From Anaeramoeba ignava BMAN (taxonomy: Eukaryota > Protista > Anaeramoebae), in contig JAPDFW010000007.1 of assembly GCA_028826165.1 (NCBI GenBank), forward strand, positions 34,668-98,667: DNA of 64,000 nt, written 5' to 3'. This document shows positions 1 through 12,715 of this stretch, piece after piece (the first letter of the stretch is position 1; each line of letters opens with the position of its first letter). The notes beneath the pieces are model-generated. The model was given only the letters and a program-made list of their open reading frames with translations, did not search any database and was not told the origin of the DNA. Position numbers and translations under genes: made by a program.

Positions 1-1
1 C

Positions 2-379
2 AAATGGATTAAAGAAAAAGAAGGAATAAGAGGAATATTAAAAGATTTTGGAAAATTATATGAACAAAATGAAACCAAAGATTTTACAATAATTGTTGAA
101 GAAAAAGAAATCAAAGTTCATAAATTAATATTACAAATAAGAAGTGAATTATTCAAAGGAATGTTTTTATTAAATACATCAGATTCAACTAATCAAGTTC
201 ATGATTATTCAGAAAAATCATTTGAAACAATTAATCAATTAATTTATTTTCTTTATAATGATAAAATTGATAAAACAAAAATAACCAAAGAAAATATTTC
301 AGAATATATTGATATTTCAGAATATTATCAATTAAATCAAAATTCAATTTTTAATCAATTTTTACTTAATTTTGTTTAA
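2..379 (+). CDS. BTB/POZ domain protein, 3' fragment (probably RCC1-BTB-BTB family)
   Basis: The frame is open from base 2: KWIKEKEGIRGILKDFGKLYEQNETKDFTIIVEEKEIKVHKLILQIRSELFKGMF...LIYFLYND. The DF..V....I.VHK.IL..RS.LF.GMF pattern is a BTB signature and matches the C-terminal BTB of the genes at 22155 and 39148. Confidence 0.85.
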   Translation, partial: KWIKEKEGIRGILKDFGKLYEQNETKDFTIIVEEKEIKVHKLILQIRSELFKGMFLLNTSDSTNQVHDYSEKSFETINQLIYFLYNDKIDKTKITKENISEYIDISEYYQLNQNSIFNQFLLNFV

Positions 380-495
380 AAAAAAAATTTATAAATAAAA
401 TTTGAAAAATAAAATTTGAAATCCATTTTTTTTTAAATCATTTTTTTCCGGTTTTTTAATTATTTTTTTTTCCTGTTTTATTTTTTTAAAAAAAA

Positions 496-3400
496 ATGTC
501 TTTCAAAAGTATTTCTGAAATAAATGAAAACAAATTAGTTTTAGAACTTGGACAAAAAGTGTATTTAGTTGATTCTAATTCTATTCAAAAAGCTCAAAAA
601 ATTGCAAAAGAAAATGAAATGATAAAAAAGAAAAATAAAAAAAATCAAAAAAAAGCAAAACAAATTAAACCAATTAAAACATTAAAAACAAAAGAAGAGA
701 TTGAAAAAGAAAACAAAAAAATTGAAGAACAAAACAAAAAAATTGCAAAACGAAACAAAAAAATTGAAAAACAAAACAAAAATAATGAAACAAAAAAAAA
801 TCTAAATTATAAAAAATTTCCTTTAATTCAAAATTGGAATTTAATTCAAAATAATGATGTAAATAAACTTAGAACTGATATTAAAGAACAAGACTATAAA
901 GTTCTTTCATCTCAATCTTGGAAAATTTTGAGAAAAATGTTTGTATAAAATATAAAATTCAAAATTAATTAAAATTAAAAATAAAATTAAAATCAAAATT
1001 AAATTTAAAATCAAAATTAAAATTAAAAATAAAATTAAAATCAAAATTAAAATTAAAATTAAAATTAAAATCAAAATTAAAATCAAAATTAAAATTAAAA
1101 TTAAAATTAAAATTAAAATTAAAATTAAAATTAAAATCAAAATTAAAATCAAAATCAAAATCAATATCAAAATCAAAATTAAAATTAAAATCAAAATTAA
1201 AATTAAAATTAAAATCAAAATTAAAATTAAAATTAAATTCAAAATTAAATTCAAAATCAAATTCAGAATCAGAATCAAAATCAAAATCAAAATCAAAATC
1301 AAAATCAAAATCAAATTCAAAATCAAAATCAAAATCAAAATCAAAATCAAAATTAAAATTAAAATCAAAATTAAAATCAAAATTAAAATTAAAATTAAAA
1401 TTAAAATTAAAATTAAAATTGAAATTAAAATTAAAATCAAATTCAAATTCAGAATCAAATTAAAATTAAAATCAAAATTAAAATTGAAATTAAAATCAAA
1501 ATCAAAATTAAAATCAAAATTAAAATCAAAATCAAAATTAATTAAAATCAAATTCAAATTCAAATTAAAATTAAATCAAAATCAAAACCAAAATCTAAAT
1601 CAAAATTAAAATCAAAATCAAAATCAAAATTAAAATTAAAATCAAAATCTAAATCAAAATCTAAATCAAAATTAAAATCAAAATCAAAATCAAAATTAAA
1701 ATTAAAATCAAAATCAAAATCAAAATCTAAATTAAAATTAAAATCAAAATCAAAATCAAAATTAAAATTAAAATCAAAATTAAAATCAAAATCAAAATTA
1801 AAATTAAAATCAAAATTAAATTCAAAATCAAAATCAAAACCAAAATCAAAATTAAAATCAAAATTAAAATTAAAATCAAAATCAAAATTAAAATCAAAAT
1901 TAAAATTAAAATCAAAATCAAAATTATTTAAAATCAAAATCAAAATTATTTAAAATCAAAATCAAAATCAAAATTAAAATTCAAAATTAAAATTAAAATT
2001 AAAATTAAAATCAAAATCAAAATCAAAATCAAAATGAAAAATCAAAATCAAAATCAAAATCAAAATCAAAATCAAAATCAAAATTAAAAATTAAAATTAA
2101 AATCAAAATTAAAACCAAAATTAAAATTAAAATTAAAATCAAAATCAAAATCAAAATCAAAATCAAAATCAAAATCAAAATCAAAATTAAATTAAAAACA
2201 AAATTAAAATCAAAATCAAAATTTAAAATTGAAATTAAAATCAAAATCAAAATCAAAATCAAAATTAAAATTCATTTTATTATTAAATTATAGATGCGGA
2301 GGAGGACCAGAAATAGCCAGAAACATTGTGAAAAATGATAAAGAAAATCTAGAAATCGAATTAAATCTACAATCTATTGAAATCAATTATAAAAATAAAA
2401 AAGAAAATATACTTTTTAGTAAATGTGATTATTTAGATAATATAAAGAACAAAATTCAACAAAAATTTAGAATCGAAAAAAATGGTAATTTAATAATTAA
2501 TTTCATCTTTTTTTTTCTCATCAAAATTATTTTTTAAAAAAAATCAAAAAAATTTGTTTTTCTTCTTCTTTTTTTTAGTTTCAATTTATTTTGGAAAGAA
2601 AACAAGAAAACAATTTAAAACAGGAAAACAAATTCAAGATTATAAATTACCAATTAAGAAATTATTTATAAAAAAATCTAATTCAAATTCAAAATCAAAA
2701 TCAAAATCAAAATCAAAATCAAAATCAAAATCAAAATCAAAATCAGAATCAAATTCAAAATCAAATTCAAATTCAGAATCAAAATCAAATTCAAAATCAA
2801 AATCAAAATCAGATTCAAAATCAGAATCAAATTCAAATTCAAATTCAAATTCAAAATCAAAATCAAATTCAAATTCAAAATCAAAATTAAAATCAGATTC
2901 AAAATCAAATTCAAAATTAAAATCAAAATCAGATTCAAAATCAGAATCAAAATCAGAATCAGATTCAAAATTAAAATCAAAATCAAAATTAAAATCAAAA
3001 TTAAAATCAAAATCAAAATCAAAATTAAAATCAAAATCAAAATCAAAATCAAAATTAAAACTAAAACCAAATTCAAAATCAAAAGCAGATTCAAAATCAA
3101 AATCAAAATCAAAATCAGAATCAAAAGCAAAAAAAAAATTGAATTCAAAATCAACAAAATTAAAATCAGAATTAAAATCAAAATCAAAATTGAATTCAAA
3201 ATCAACAAAATTAAAATCAGAATTAAAACCAAAATCAAAATTAAATTCAAAATCAAAATCAAAATTAAAATTAAAATCAAAATTAAAACCAAAATCAAAA
3301 CCAAATTCAAATTCAAAATCAAAATCAAAACCAAAATCAAAATCAAAATCAAAATCAGAATTAAAACAAAAACCAAAATCAAATTCAGAATCAAATTCAA

Positions 3401-6400
3401 ATTCAAAATCAACAAAATTAAAATCTAAATCAAAATCAGATTCAAAATCAAAATTAAAATCAAAATCAGATTCAAAATCAAAATCTAAATCAAAATCTAA
3501 ATCAAAATCAAAATCAAAATTAAAATCAAAATCAAAACCAAAATCAGAATCAAAATCAAAATCAGATTCAAAATCAAAATCAGATTCAAAATCAAAATCA
3601 AAATCAAAATCAAAACCAAAATCAAAATCAGATTCAAAATCAAAATTAAAATCAAAACCAAAATCAGATTCAAAATTAAAACCAAAAAAAAAATTAAATT
3701 CAGAATCAAAATTAAATTCAAAATCAAAATTAAATTCAAAATCAAAACCAAATTCAGAATCAAAAGCAAAAAAAAAATTAAATTCAAAATCAAATTCAAA
3801 ATCAAAATCAAATTCAAATTCAAATTCAAAATCAAAATCAAAATTAAAACCAAAATCAACAAAATTAAATTCAGAATCAAATTCAAAATCAAAAACAAAA
3901 TCAAAACCAAATTCAAAATCAAAACCAAATTCAAAATCAAATTCAAAATCAAATCCAAATTCAAATTCAAAATCAAATTCAAATTCAAAATCAAAATCAG
4001 AATCAGAATCAAAATCAAAATCAAAATCAGAATCAAAAACAGATTCAGAATCAAATTCAAATTCAAAATTAAAACCAAAATCAAAATTAAAATCAGAATC
4101 AAAATCAAATTCAAAATCAAAATCAAAATCAAATTCAAATTCAAATTCAAATTCAAATTCAAAATCAAAATCAAAATCAAAATCAAAATTCAAATTCAAA
4201 ATCAAAATCAAAATCAAATTCAATCGAATCAAATCAAAATCAAAATCAAATTCAAAATCAAAATCAGAATCAAATTCAAATTCAAATTCAAATTCAAATT
4301 CAAATTCAAAATCAAATTCAAAATCAAAATCAAAATCAAAATTAAAACCAAAATCAAATTCAAATTCAGAATCAGAATCAAAATCAAAATCAAATTCAGA
4401 ATCAAAATCAGAATCAAAATCAAATTCAGAATCAAAATCAGAATCAAAATCAAATTCAAATTCAAATTCAAAATCAAATTCAAATTCAAATTCAAAATCA
4501 AAATCAAATTCAAAATCAGAATCAAAATCAAAATCAAATTCAGAATCAAAATCAAAATCAAATTCAGAATCAAAATCAGAATCAAAATCAAAATCAAATT
4601 CAGAATTAAATTCAAAATTAAATTCAAAATCAAAATCAAATTCAAAATCAAAATCAAAATCAGAATCAAAATCAGAATCAGAATCAAAATCAGAATCAGA
4701 ATCAGAATCAGAATCAGAATCAAAATCAGAATCAAAATCAGAATCAAAATCAGAATCAGAATCAAAATCAAAATCAAAATCAAAATCAAAATCAAAACCA
4801 GAATCAGAATCAAAAAAAAAAATAATAATAATCCAAACAAAATCAACAACAGTATCAGAATCAGTATCAGAATCAGAATCAGAATCAAATTCAAAATCAA
4901 AACCAAAATCAGAATCAAATTCAGAATCAACTCAAAATCAAAATAGATCCATTTCGGATATTCGTAATTCATCCATCTTCTCAAGTAATACACCATTTGA
5001 TAAAGGCTCAAATCTAGATTCAGATACAGATTCAACAGATTCAGATTCAAAAACACATGAAGAAACACTTTCAGATTCAGATCCTGATTTTCAAAACTCA
5101 ATCTTTCAACTAAAATCAAATTCAGAACAAAAATTAAAGCAAAATTCAGAATCAGAATCAAAAAAAAAAATAATAATAATCCAAACAAAATCAACAACAG
5201 TATCAGAATCAGTATCAGAATCAGAACCAAAATCAAAATCAAAACCAAATTCAGAACCAAAACCAAAACCAAAACCAAAACCAAATTCAGAATCAAATTC
5301 AGAATCAAAATCAATAACAACAAAAAAATTGGATGATAATCTATTTAATATTTATAATGAAGAATTACCAGTAAATTATAAAAAATTATAAAAAATTAAA
5401 TTATAAAAAATTAAATTATAAAAAATTATAAAAAATTAAATAAATTTAAAGATACAAGAAGGACTTATTGGTCTTCTAAATATTTTAAACAGTTGTTATG
5501 CAAATTCTTCTCTTCAATGCTTATTTCATTCAACTGAACTTACTACCTTTTTTTCTGAAAATAATTTCCAAGATGTTTCAGAAAATTCAATTCTTGGTTC
5601 TTTTATAAAAGTTTTCAAAGATGTTTGTATTTAAAAAAAAACAAAGAAAAAGAAAGTAATTTAAAAATTAAAATTCCAAAAAAAAAATTTTTAGTATCAA
5701 GGATGTAAAAAAAAAGTAATTGATCCAAAATGTTTATTAAATGAAATATTTTCTAAATCCCACTTGCAAAAAGAGAAACAAGAAGATTGCCATGAATTCA
5801 CATCATTTTTATTAAATTCACTTCAAGAAGAACTCAAAAAAATCAACAAAGAAAATGATATCATTTCAGAAATTTTTGAAATTCAAACAGAATCTATAAT
5901 TGAAGGCAAGGATTGCAAACATTCGGCTAAAATTGGAGAGAAATCATTTGAATTCCAACTTCCACTGACAGAATCATTAAGAAAACCAGGAACAAAAGAC
6001 ATTGCTGTTTTAACATACTATAAAAAAGATAAACTGATTTCTATTGAAATTAATAAGGATATGTCTTTTGATGATCTTAAAACACAAATTGCAATGAAAT
6101 CACAAACAGACAAAGACTTTCTCTATCTTTTTGTGGTTAAGGAAGAAAGGATTGAAAAATCGATTTCAACTTCAACACAATTTTTTGATAATTTGAACGA
6201 GAATATTTATGCTTATGAAATTCCCGAACAAAAAATACAAGAATTTGATCAATTTAGAAATCTATCAGAAATCAAAGTTGTTTTTAAGGATCAAAATGTT
6301 TTACTTGAAAGTATCAAAGAAAAAAGCCATTATTCTGGATATGGTTTATTTATCCCATTTATTCAATCAAATGAAAGGCAAGACTTTAAAGAGGTCCAGC

Positions 6401-8064
6401 AAGAAAACTCAAAAGAAATACAAAATTCATTAAATTTCAATAATAGTAATAATGAGTTACTCAAACCAAGCGATTTGACAGAATTTTTCAGAAAAACAAG
6501 TAATCCAACAACAGATGAGACCAAAGAAATGTTTTACAAAATATATTTTGTGGAAAATCCAAATTTTAATCAAAATCAAAATCAAAATCAAAATAAAAAA
6601 GAAAATTCTTTGGGATTGTTTTATTTAAGAACACCAACTAAGCCTTATAGAATATCAACCTTTGAAATTATTAATCGGCAAAATCGAAAACAAATCCAGC
6701 ACAATATGCTTAATAGTATGGATATAGGATATCCTTTGAATATCAAATTTTTCCAAAGAAAACTTGTTTCAAACAATAAAAATGATAATTCAAAAATTCA
6801 ATTAACTGGATATCCCTTTATAATTCCATTAATTAAAGGAGAAAATTCATACGAAACTATTTATAACAAAATTTCACAACAACTCAAATCTTTAGCGAAA
6901 CAAGCAACTCAATCGCTTTCTCAATTTATTCCGATTGTGGAATTGTTTCAAAAGTTAGAGATAGGTCTGAATTCCCATGACGATGATAATAATAACCAGA
7001 ATATTTTTTACAAAATTCATTTCACTCGCAAAAAGAACAAGAAAAATAAATCAGGAAGTGAAGGATTTTTGATTCTAAGTTTCCCAGAAAGCCAAAACGA
7101 ACTTTTCATTTATGAAATCAAATTCACAAGTGAGAAGAACAACCAAGAAAATGAATCCAATAATATCACTATAAAAATAGATAAATCCAATATCAAAAAA
7201 AAAGAAATTGAATCATACAAGAAAAAGGCGGATTATTCAGGATATCCTTTATTGATTACTCGCGTTGTTTTAACTAAAAACAACAAAAAGGAGATTTACC
7301 AAAGAAATCTCGAAGAACTTAAACAAGCTTTGGAAAACAAAAAATATTTTGAATCAATCGACCTAACAAGTCTAGTTGAACAAGAAAAGCAAGATTCATT
7401 AAAAAGAACACAATCGCAAGTTCTTCTTAATAGTTATAAATTTGGAGATGAAGAAATATTTCAAATTTACAATGGCGAAAAACAGTTGAAACCTGAAAAG
7501 TCATTTAAAATTGATGATGAAAAAATTGAATTGAATATTTTATGGAATCCAATTGTTTCCAATTCTTTGTCATTTTTCAAGAAACCTTTTTTTAGAAATC
7601 TTCCAAGAGAAACATTTCATGAACAAATTCATTTATTAAGTTGCTTTGAATCATATTTTCAATGGGAAGACTTAGAATTTGATAATCAATGGTTTTGTGA
7701 GAAATGTGGGAAAAAAGTAAATGCAAAAAAGAGAATCCAAGTGAAAAAACTACCCAAAATAATAATAATTCAATTAAAGAGATTTTTTCCAACTGAAAAA
7801 ATATTAACTAAAGTTAGTTTTGATGAATTACTTTCAATCTCACAATTTATTCCTGATTTTGGAAATGATATTATTTATGAATTATTTGCATTTTCAAATC
7901 ATCATTCTTCATATGTTTACAGTGGACATTATACTTCTTCTATTAAAGTATCTGGAAAATGGTATTTGTTTAATGATACTGAAGTTACTTTTTTAAGTAA
8001 TTCTGAAATTCCTGATCAATCAGATGCTTATATTTTATTTTATCGAAAAGTTGAGATTAAATAA
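496..8064 (+). CDS. Ubiquitin-specific protease (peptidase C19) with N-terminal DUSP-like domain and long SK low-complexity insert, about 1988 aa
   Basis: Exons 496-938, 2294-2484, 2579-5370, 5452-5622, 5695-8064, all GT-AG with consistent phases. DUSP end WKILRKI/CGGGPEIAR; Cys box GLLNILNSCYANSSLQCL; QEDCHEF; WFCEKC...LPKIIIIQLKRF; His box GHYTS...WYLFNDTEV...AYILFYRK. Confidence 0.88.
939..2293 (+). repeat. Satellite-filled intron 1 of the USP gene (1355 nt), (AAAATC/AAAATT)n
   Basis: GTTTGT donor at 939 and TAG acceptor at 2293; the phase-2 join restores the DUSP motif. The interior is a hexamer tandem repeat. Confidence 0.8.
2680..4930 (+). repeat. Exonic hexamer repeat encoding a poly-(SK/SN/SE/SD) tract
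   Basis: TCA-AAA/AAT/GAA/GAT units keep one frame open for more than 2.2 kb within USP exon 3. Confidence 0.75.
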
Positions 8065-8150
8065 ATCAAAATCCAAAATTCAAAATAAATAAAAATTGAA
8101 TCAAAAATATTTTTATTATTTTTTTAAAAGTTTAAAAATCAAAAATGTTT

Positions 8151-11100
8151 TTATCCATAATCATCTTCATCTGTAACATCTCTTCCTAAAGGTATCATAG
8201 ATTTTTTCTCTGCATCTCTTGCCAAGGATTTTCTCATATCTAAACCATCTTCTTCACCTGAATAATAACCCAAAACTCTTCTAAAAACAATATATCCAAA
8301 ATTTTGATACATTCTAATAGCAACATTATTAGAACTTCTAACATATAAATCAACAAAATACGCATTAGCAATATTTTCAGAAACACCTTCTAATAATTGC
8401 ATTAATTGGCGAGCAAGACCTAAGCGTCTGTATTCAGGAGATACTGTGACAGCAGTGACATGACCATGCCACATTTTGCCTTCTCCTTCGCTTTTCCCAA
8501 ATATATATCCCATTATATCTTTATTTATAGATTCTCCTAATGCACACATATCTGGCCATATTGCTAAATATTGTAAATAAAATCCATTGTGATACTTTTT
8601 ATTTTCATACATAAAATAATAAATAAAATTATAAATTAAATTATAAATAAAATTATAAATTAAATTATAAATAAAATTATAAATTAAATTATAAATAAAA
8701 TTATAAATTAAATTATAAATAAAATTATAAATTAAATTATAAATTAAATTATAAATAAAATTATAAATAAAATTATAAATAAAATTATAAATTAAAATTA
8801 TAAATTAAATTATAAATAAAATTATAAATTAAATTACAAATAAAATTATAAATAAAATAATAAATAAAATTATAAATAAAATTATAAATTAAATTATAAA
8901 TAAAATTATAAATAAAATTATAAATAAAATTATAAATAAAATAAATTAAATTATAAATTAAATTATAAATAAAATTATAAATAAAATTATAAATAAAATT
9001 ATAAATAAAATTATAAATAAAATAAAATTATAAATAAAATTATAAATTAAAATTATAAATTAAAATTATAAATAAAATTATAAATAAAATTATAAATTAA
9101 AATTATAAATTAAATTATAAATAAATTATAAAATAAAATTATAAATAAAATTATAAATTAAATTATAAATTAAATTATAAATTAAATTATAAATTAAAAT
9201 AAATAAAATTATAAATAAATTATAAAATTAAATTATAAATAAAAAATATAAATAAAAATAATAAAAATTATAAATAAAATAATAAATAAATTATAAATTA
9301 AATTATAAATTAAATTATAAATTAAATTATAAAATTAAATTATAAATAAAATTATAAATTAAAATTATAAATTAAAATTATAAATTAAAATTATAAATAA
9401 AATTACAAATAAAATTATAAAATAAAATTAAATTATAAATAAAATTATAAATTAAAATTATAAATAAAATTATAAATAAAATTATAAATAAAATTATAAA
9501 TTAAAATTATAAATAAAATTATAAATAAAATTATAAATAAAATTATAAATAAAATTATAAATAAAAATTATAAATAAAATTATAAATTAAAATTATAAAT
9601 AAAATTATAAATAAAATTATAAATAAAATTAAATAAAATTATAAATAAAATTATAAATAAAATTATAAATAAAATTATAAATAAAATTATAAATTAAATT
9701 ATAAATAAAATTATAAATTAAATTATAAATTAAAATTATAAATTAAATTATAAATAAAATTATAAATAAAAATTATAAATTAAAATTATAAATAAAAATT
9801 ATAAATAAAAATTATAAATTAAAATTATAAATAAAATTATAAATAAAAATTATAAATAAAATTATAAATAAAATTATAAATAAAAATTATAAATTAAAAT
9901 TATAAATAAAATTATAAATTAAAATTATAAATAAAATAAATAAAAATTATAAATAAAATTATAAATTAAATTATAAAATAAAATTATAAATTAAAATATA
10001 AATAAAAATATAAATAAAATATAAATAAATAAATAAAAATTATAAAATAAAATTATAAATAAAATTATAAATAAAATTATAAATTAAAATTATAAATTAA
10101 AATTATAAATAAAATTATAAAATAAATTATAAATTAAATTATAAATTAAAATTAAATTAAAATTATAAATTAAATTATAAATTAAAATTATAAATTAAAA
10201 TTATAAATAAAATTATAAAAAATAAAATAAAATTATAAATAAAATTATAAATAAAATTATAAATAAAAATTATAAATTAAAATTATAAATAAACGAAATT
10301 ATAAATAAAATTATAAATAAAAATTATAAATAAAATTATAAATAAAATTATAAATAAAAATATAAAATAAAATATATAAATAAAATTATAAATAAAAATT
10401 TATAAATAAAATTATAAATAAAATTATAAATAAAATTATAAATAAAATTATAAATAAAATTATAAATAAAATTATAAATTAAAAAATTATAAATAAAATT
10501 ATAAATAAAATTATAAATAAAATTATAAATTAAATTATAAATAAAATTATAAATAAAATTATAAATTAAATTATAAATAAAATTATATAATAAAATTATA
10601 AATAAAAATATATAAATAAAATTATAAATAAAAATATAAATAAAAATTATAAATTAAAATTATAAATAAAATTATAAATAAAATTATAAAATAAAATATA
10701 AATAAAATTATAAATTAAATTATAAATTAAATTATAAATATAAAATTATAAATTAAATTATAAATAAAATTATAAATAAAATTAAAATTAAATTATAAAT
10801 AAAATTATAAATAAAATTATAAATAAAAATTATAAATAAAAATTATAAATAAAATTATAAAAATAAAATTATAAAATAAAATTATAAATAAAAATAAAAA
10901 TAAAATAAAAATTATAAATAAAAAATAAATAAATATAAATAAAATTATAAATAAAATTATAAATTAAAATTATAAATAAAATTATAAAATAAAATTAAAT
11001 AACAAAAAATAAAATAAAATTATAAATAAAATTATAAATAAAATTATAAATAAAATTATAAAATAAAAATTATAAATTAAATAAAATATAAATAAAATTA

Positions 11101-12628
11101 TAAATAAAATTATAAATAAAATTATAAATTAAATTATAAATTAAATATAAATAAAATATAAATAAAATTATAAATAAAATTATAAATAAAATTATAAATA
11201 AAAATTATAAATAAAAATTATAAATAAAATTATAAATAAAATTATAAATAAAATTATAAATAAAAATTATAAATTAAAATTATAAATTAAATTATAAATA
11301 AAATTATAAATTAAATTATAAATTAAATTATAAATTAAATTATAAAATTAAATTATAAATTAAATTATAAATAAAATTATAAATTAAAATTATAAATAAA
11401 ATTATAAATAAAAATTATAAATAAAATTATAAATAAAATTAAATTATAAATTAAATTATAAATAAAATAACAAATAAAATTATAAATAAAATAATAAATA
11501 AAAATTATAAATAAAATTATAAATTAAATTATAAAATAAATAAAATAATAAATAAAATTATAAATAAAATTATAAATAAAATTATAAATAAAATTATAAA
11601 TAAAATTATAAATAAAATTATAAATAAAAATTATAAATAAAATTATAAATAAAATTATAAATAAAAATTATAAATAAAATTATAAATAAAATTATAAATA
11701 AAATAATAAATTAAATTATAAATTAAAATTATAAATAAAATTATAAATTAAATTATAAATTAAATTATAAATTAAAATTATAAATAAAATTATAAATAAA
11801 ATTATAAATAAAATTATAAATTAAATTATAAATTAAATTATAAATTAAATTATAAATTAAATTATAAATTAAATTATAAATTAAATTATAAATTAAATTA
11901 TAAATTAAATTATAAATAAAATTATAAATTAAAATTATAAATAAAATTATAAATAAAATTATAAATTAAAATTATAAAATAAAATTATAAATTAAATTAT
12001 AAATTAAATTATAAATTAAATTATAAATAAAAATTATAAATTAAATTATAAATAAAATTATAAAATAAAATTATAAATTAAATTATAAAATAAAATTATA
12101 AATAAAATTATAAATAAAATTATAAATAAAATTATAAATAAAAATTATAAATTCAAATTATAAATTAAATTATAAAATAAAATTATAAATTAAATTATAA
12201 ATTAAATTATAAATAAAATTATAAATTAAATTATAAATAAAATTATAAATTAAATAATAAATTAAATAATAAATTAAATTATAAATAAAATTAAATAAAT
12301 AAAATTATAAATAAAATTATAAATAAAATTATAAATAAAATTATAAATAAAATTATAAATAAAATTATAAATAAAATTATAAATTAAATTATAAATTAAA
12401 TTATAAATTAAATTATAAATAAAAATATAAATAAAACTATAAATAAAATTATAAATTAAATTATAAATTAAATTATAAATTAAATTATAAATAAAATTAT
12501 AAATTAAATTATAAATAAAATTATTATTATTTTTCTATGATTTTTTGTACAGTTTCTGTTAAATGATCTAAATTAACATCTGTAAAATTAAATAAATCAT
12601 TTGCTTCAAATCTTCTTATTGTTGTCAT
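8151..12628 (-). CDS. NAA20: N-alpha-acetyltransferase 20 (NatB catalytic subunit), 173 aa, two exons
   Basis: Exon 1 (12628-12551) MTTIRRFEANDLFNFTDVNLDHLTET joins exon 2 (8594-8151) YHNGFYLQYLAIWPD...GYIFGKSEG...WHGHVTAVTVSPEYRRLGLA...FVDLYVRSSNNVAIRMY. These are NAA20/Nat3 motifs. Confidence 0.95.
8595..12550 (-). repeat. Giant satellite intron of NAA20 (3956 nt), 12-mer (ATAAATAAAATT/ATAAATTAAATT)n on the + strand
   Basis: GTACAA donor at 12550 and AAG acceptor at 8595; the phase-0 join gives the conserved LTET|Y. The interior is almost purely A/T. Confidence 0.92.
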
Positions 12629-12715
12629 TTTTAATAATAAATTTATATAAAAAAAAATTGAAAAATGAAAAAAATGAAAAAATAAAATTTCATTTTTTTT
12701 TGTTTTTTTTTTAAA
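12629..12715. promoter_or_regulatory. 87-bp bidirectional promoter region (NAA20 / CH-RasGAP) with TCATTTTT motifs on both strands
   Basis: Head-to-head ATGs. AAAATGAAAA copies face NAA20 and TTTTCATTTTTTT faces 12716. Confidence 0.6.

Noticed and set aside
8595-12550. Transposon, telomere or organellar insertion as the source of the giant AT tracts
   Set aside because: There are no terminal repeats, target-site duplications, transposase/RT ORFs or G-rich telomeric units; the tracts are simple local tandem repeats.
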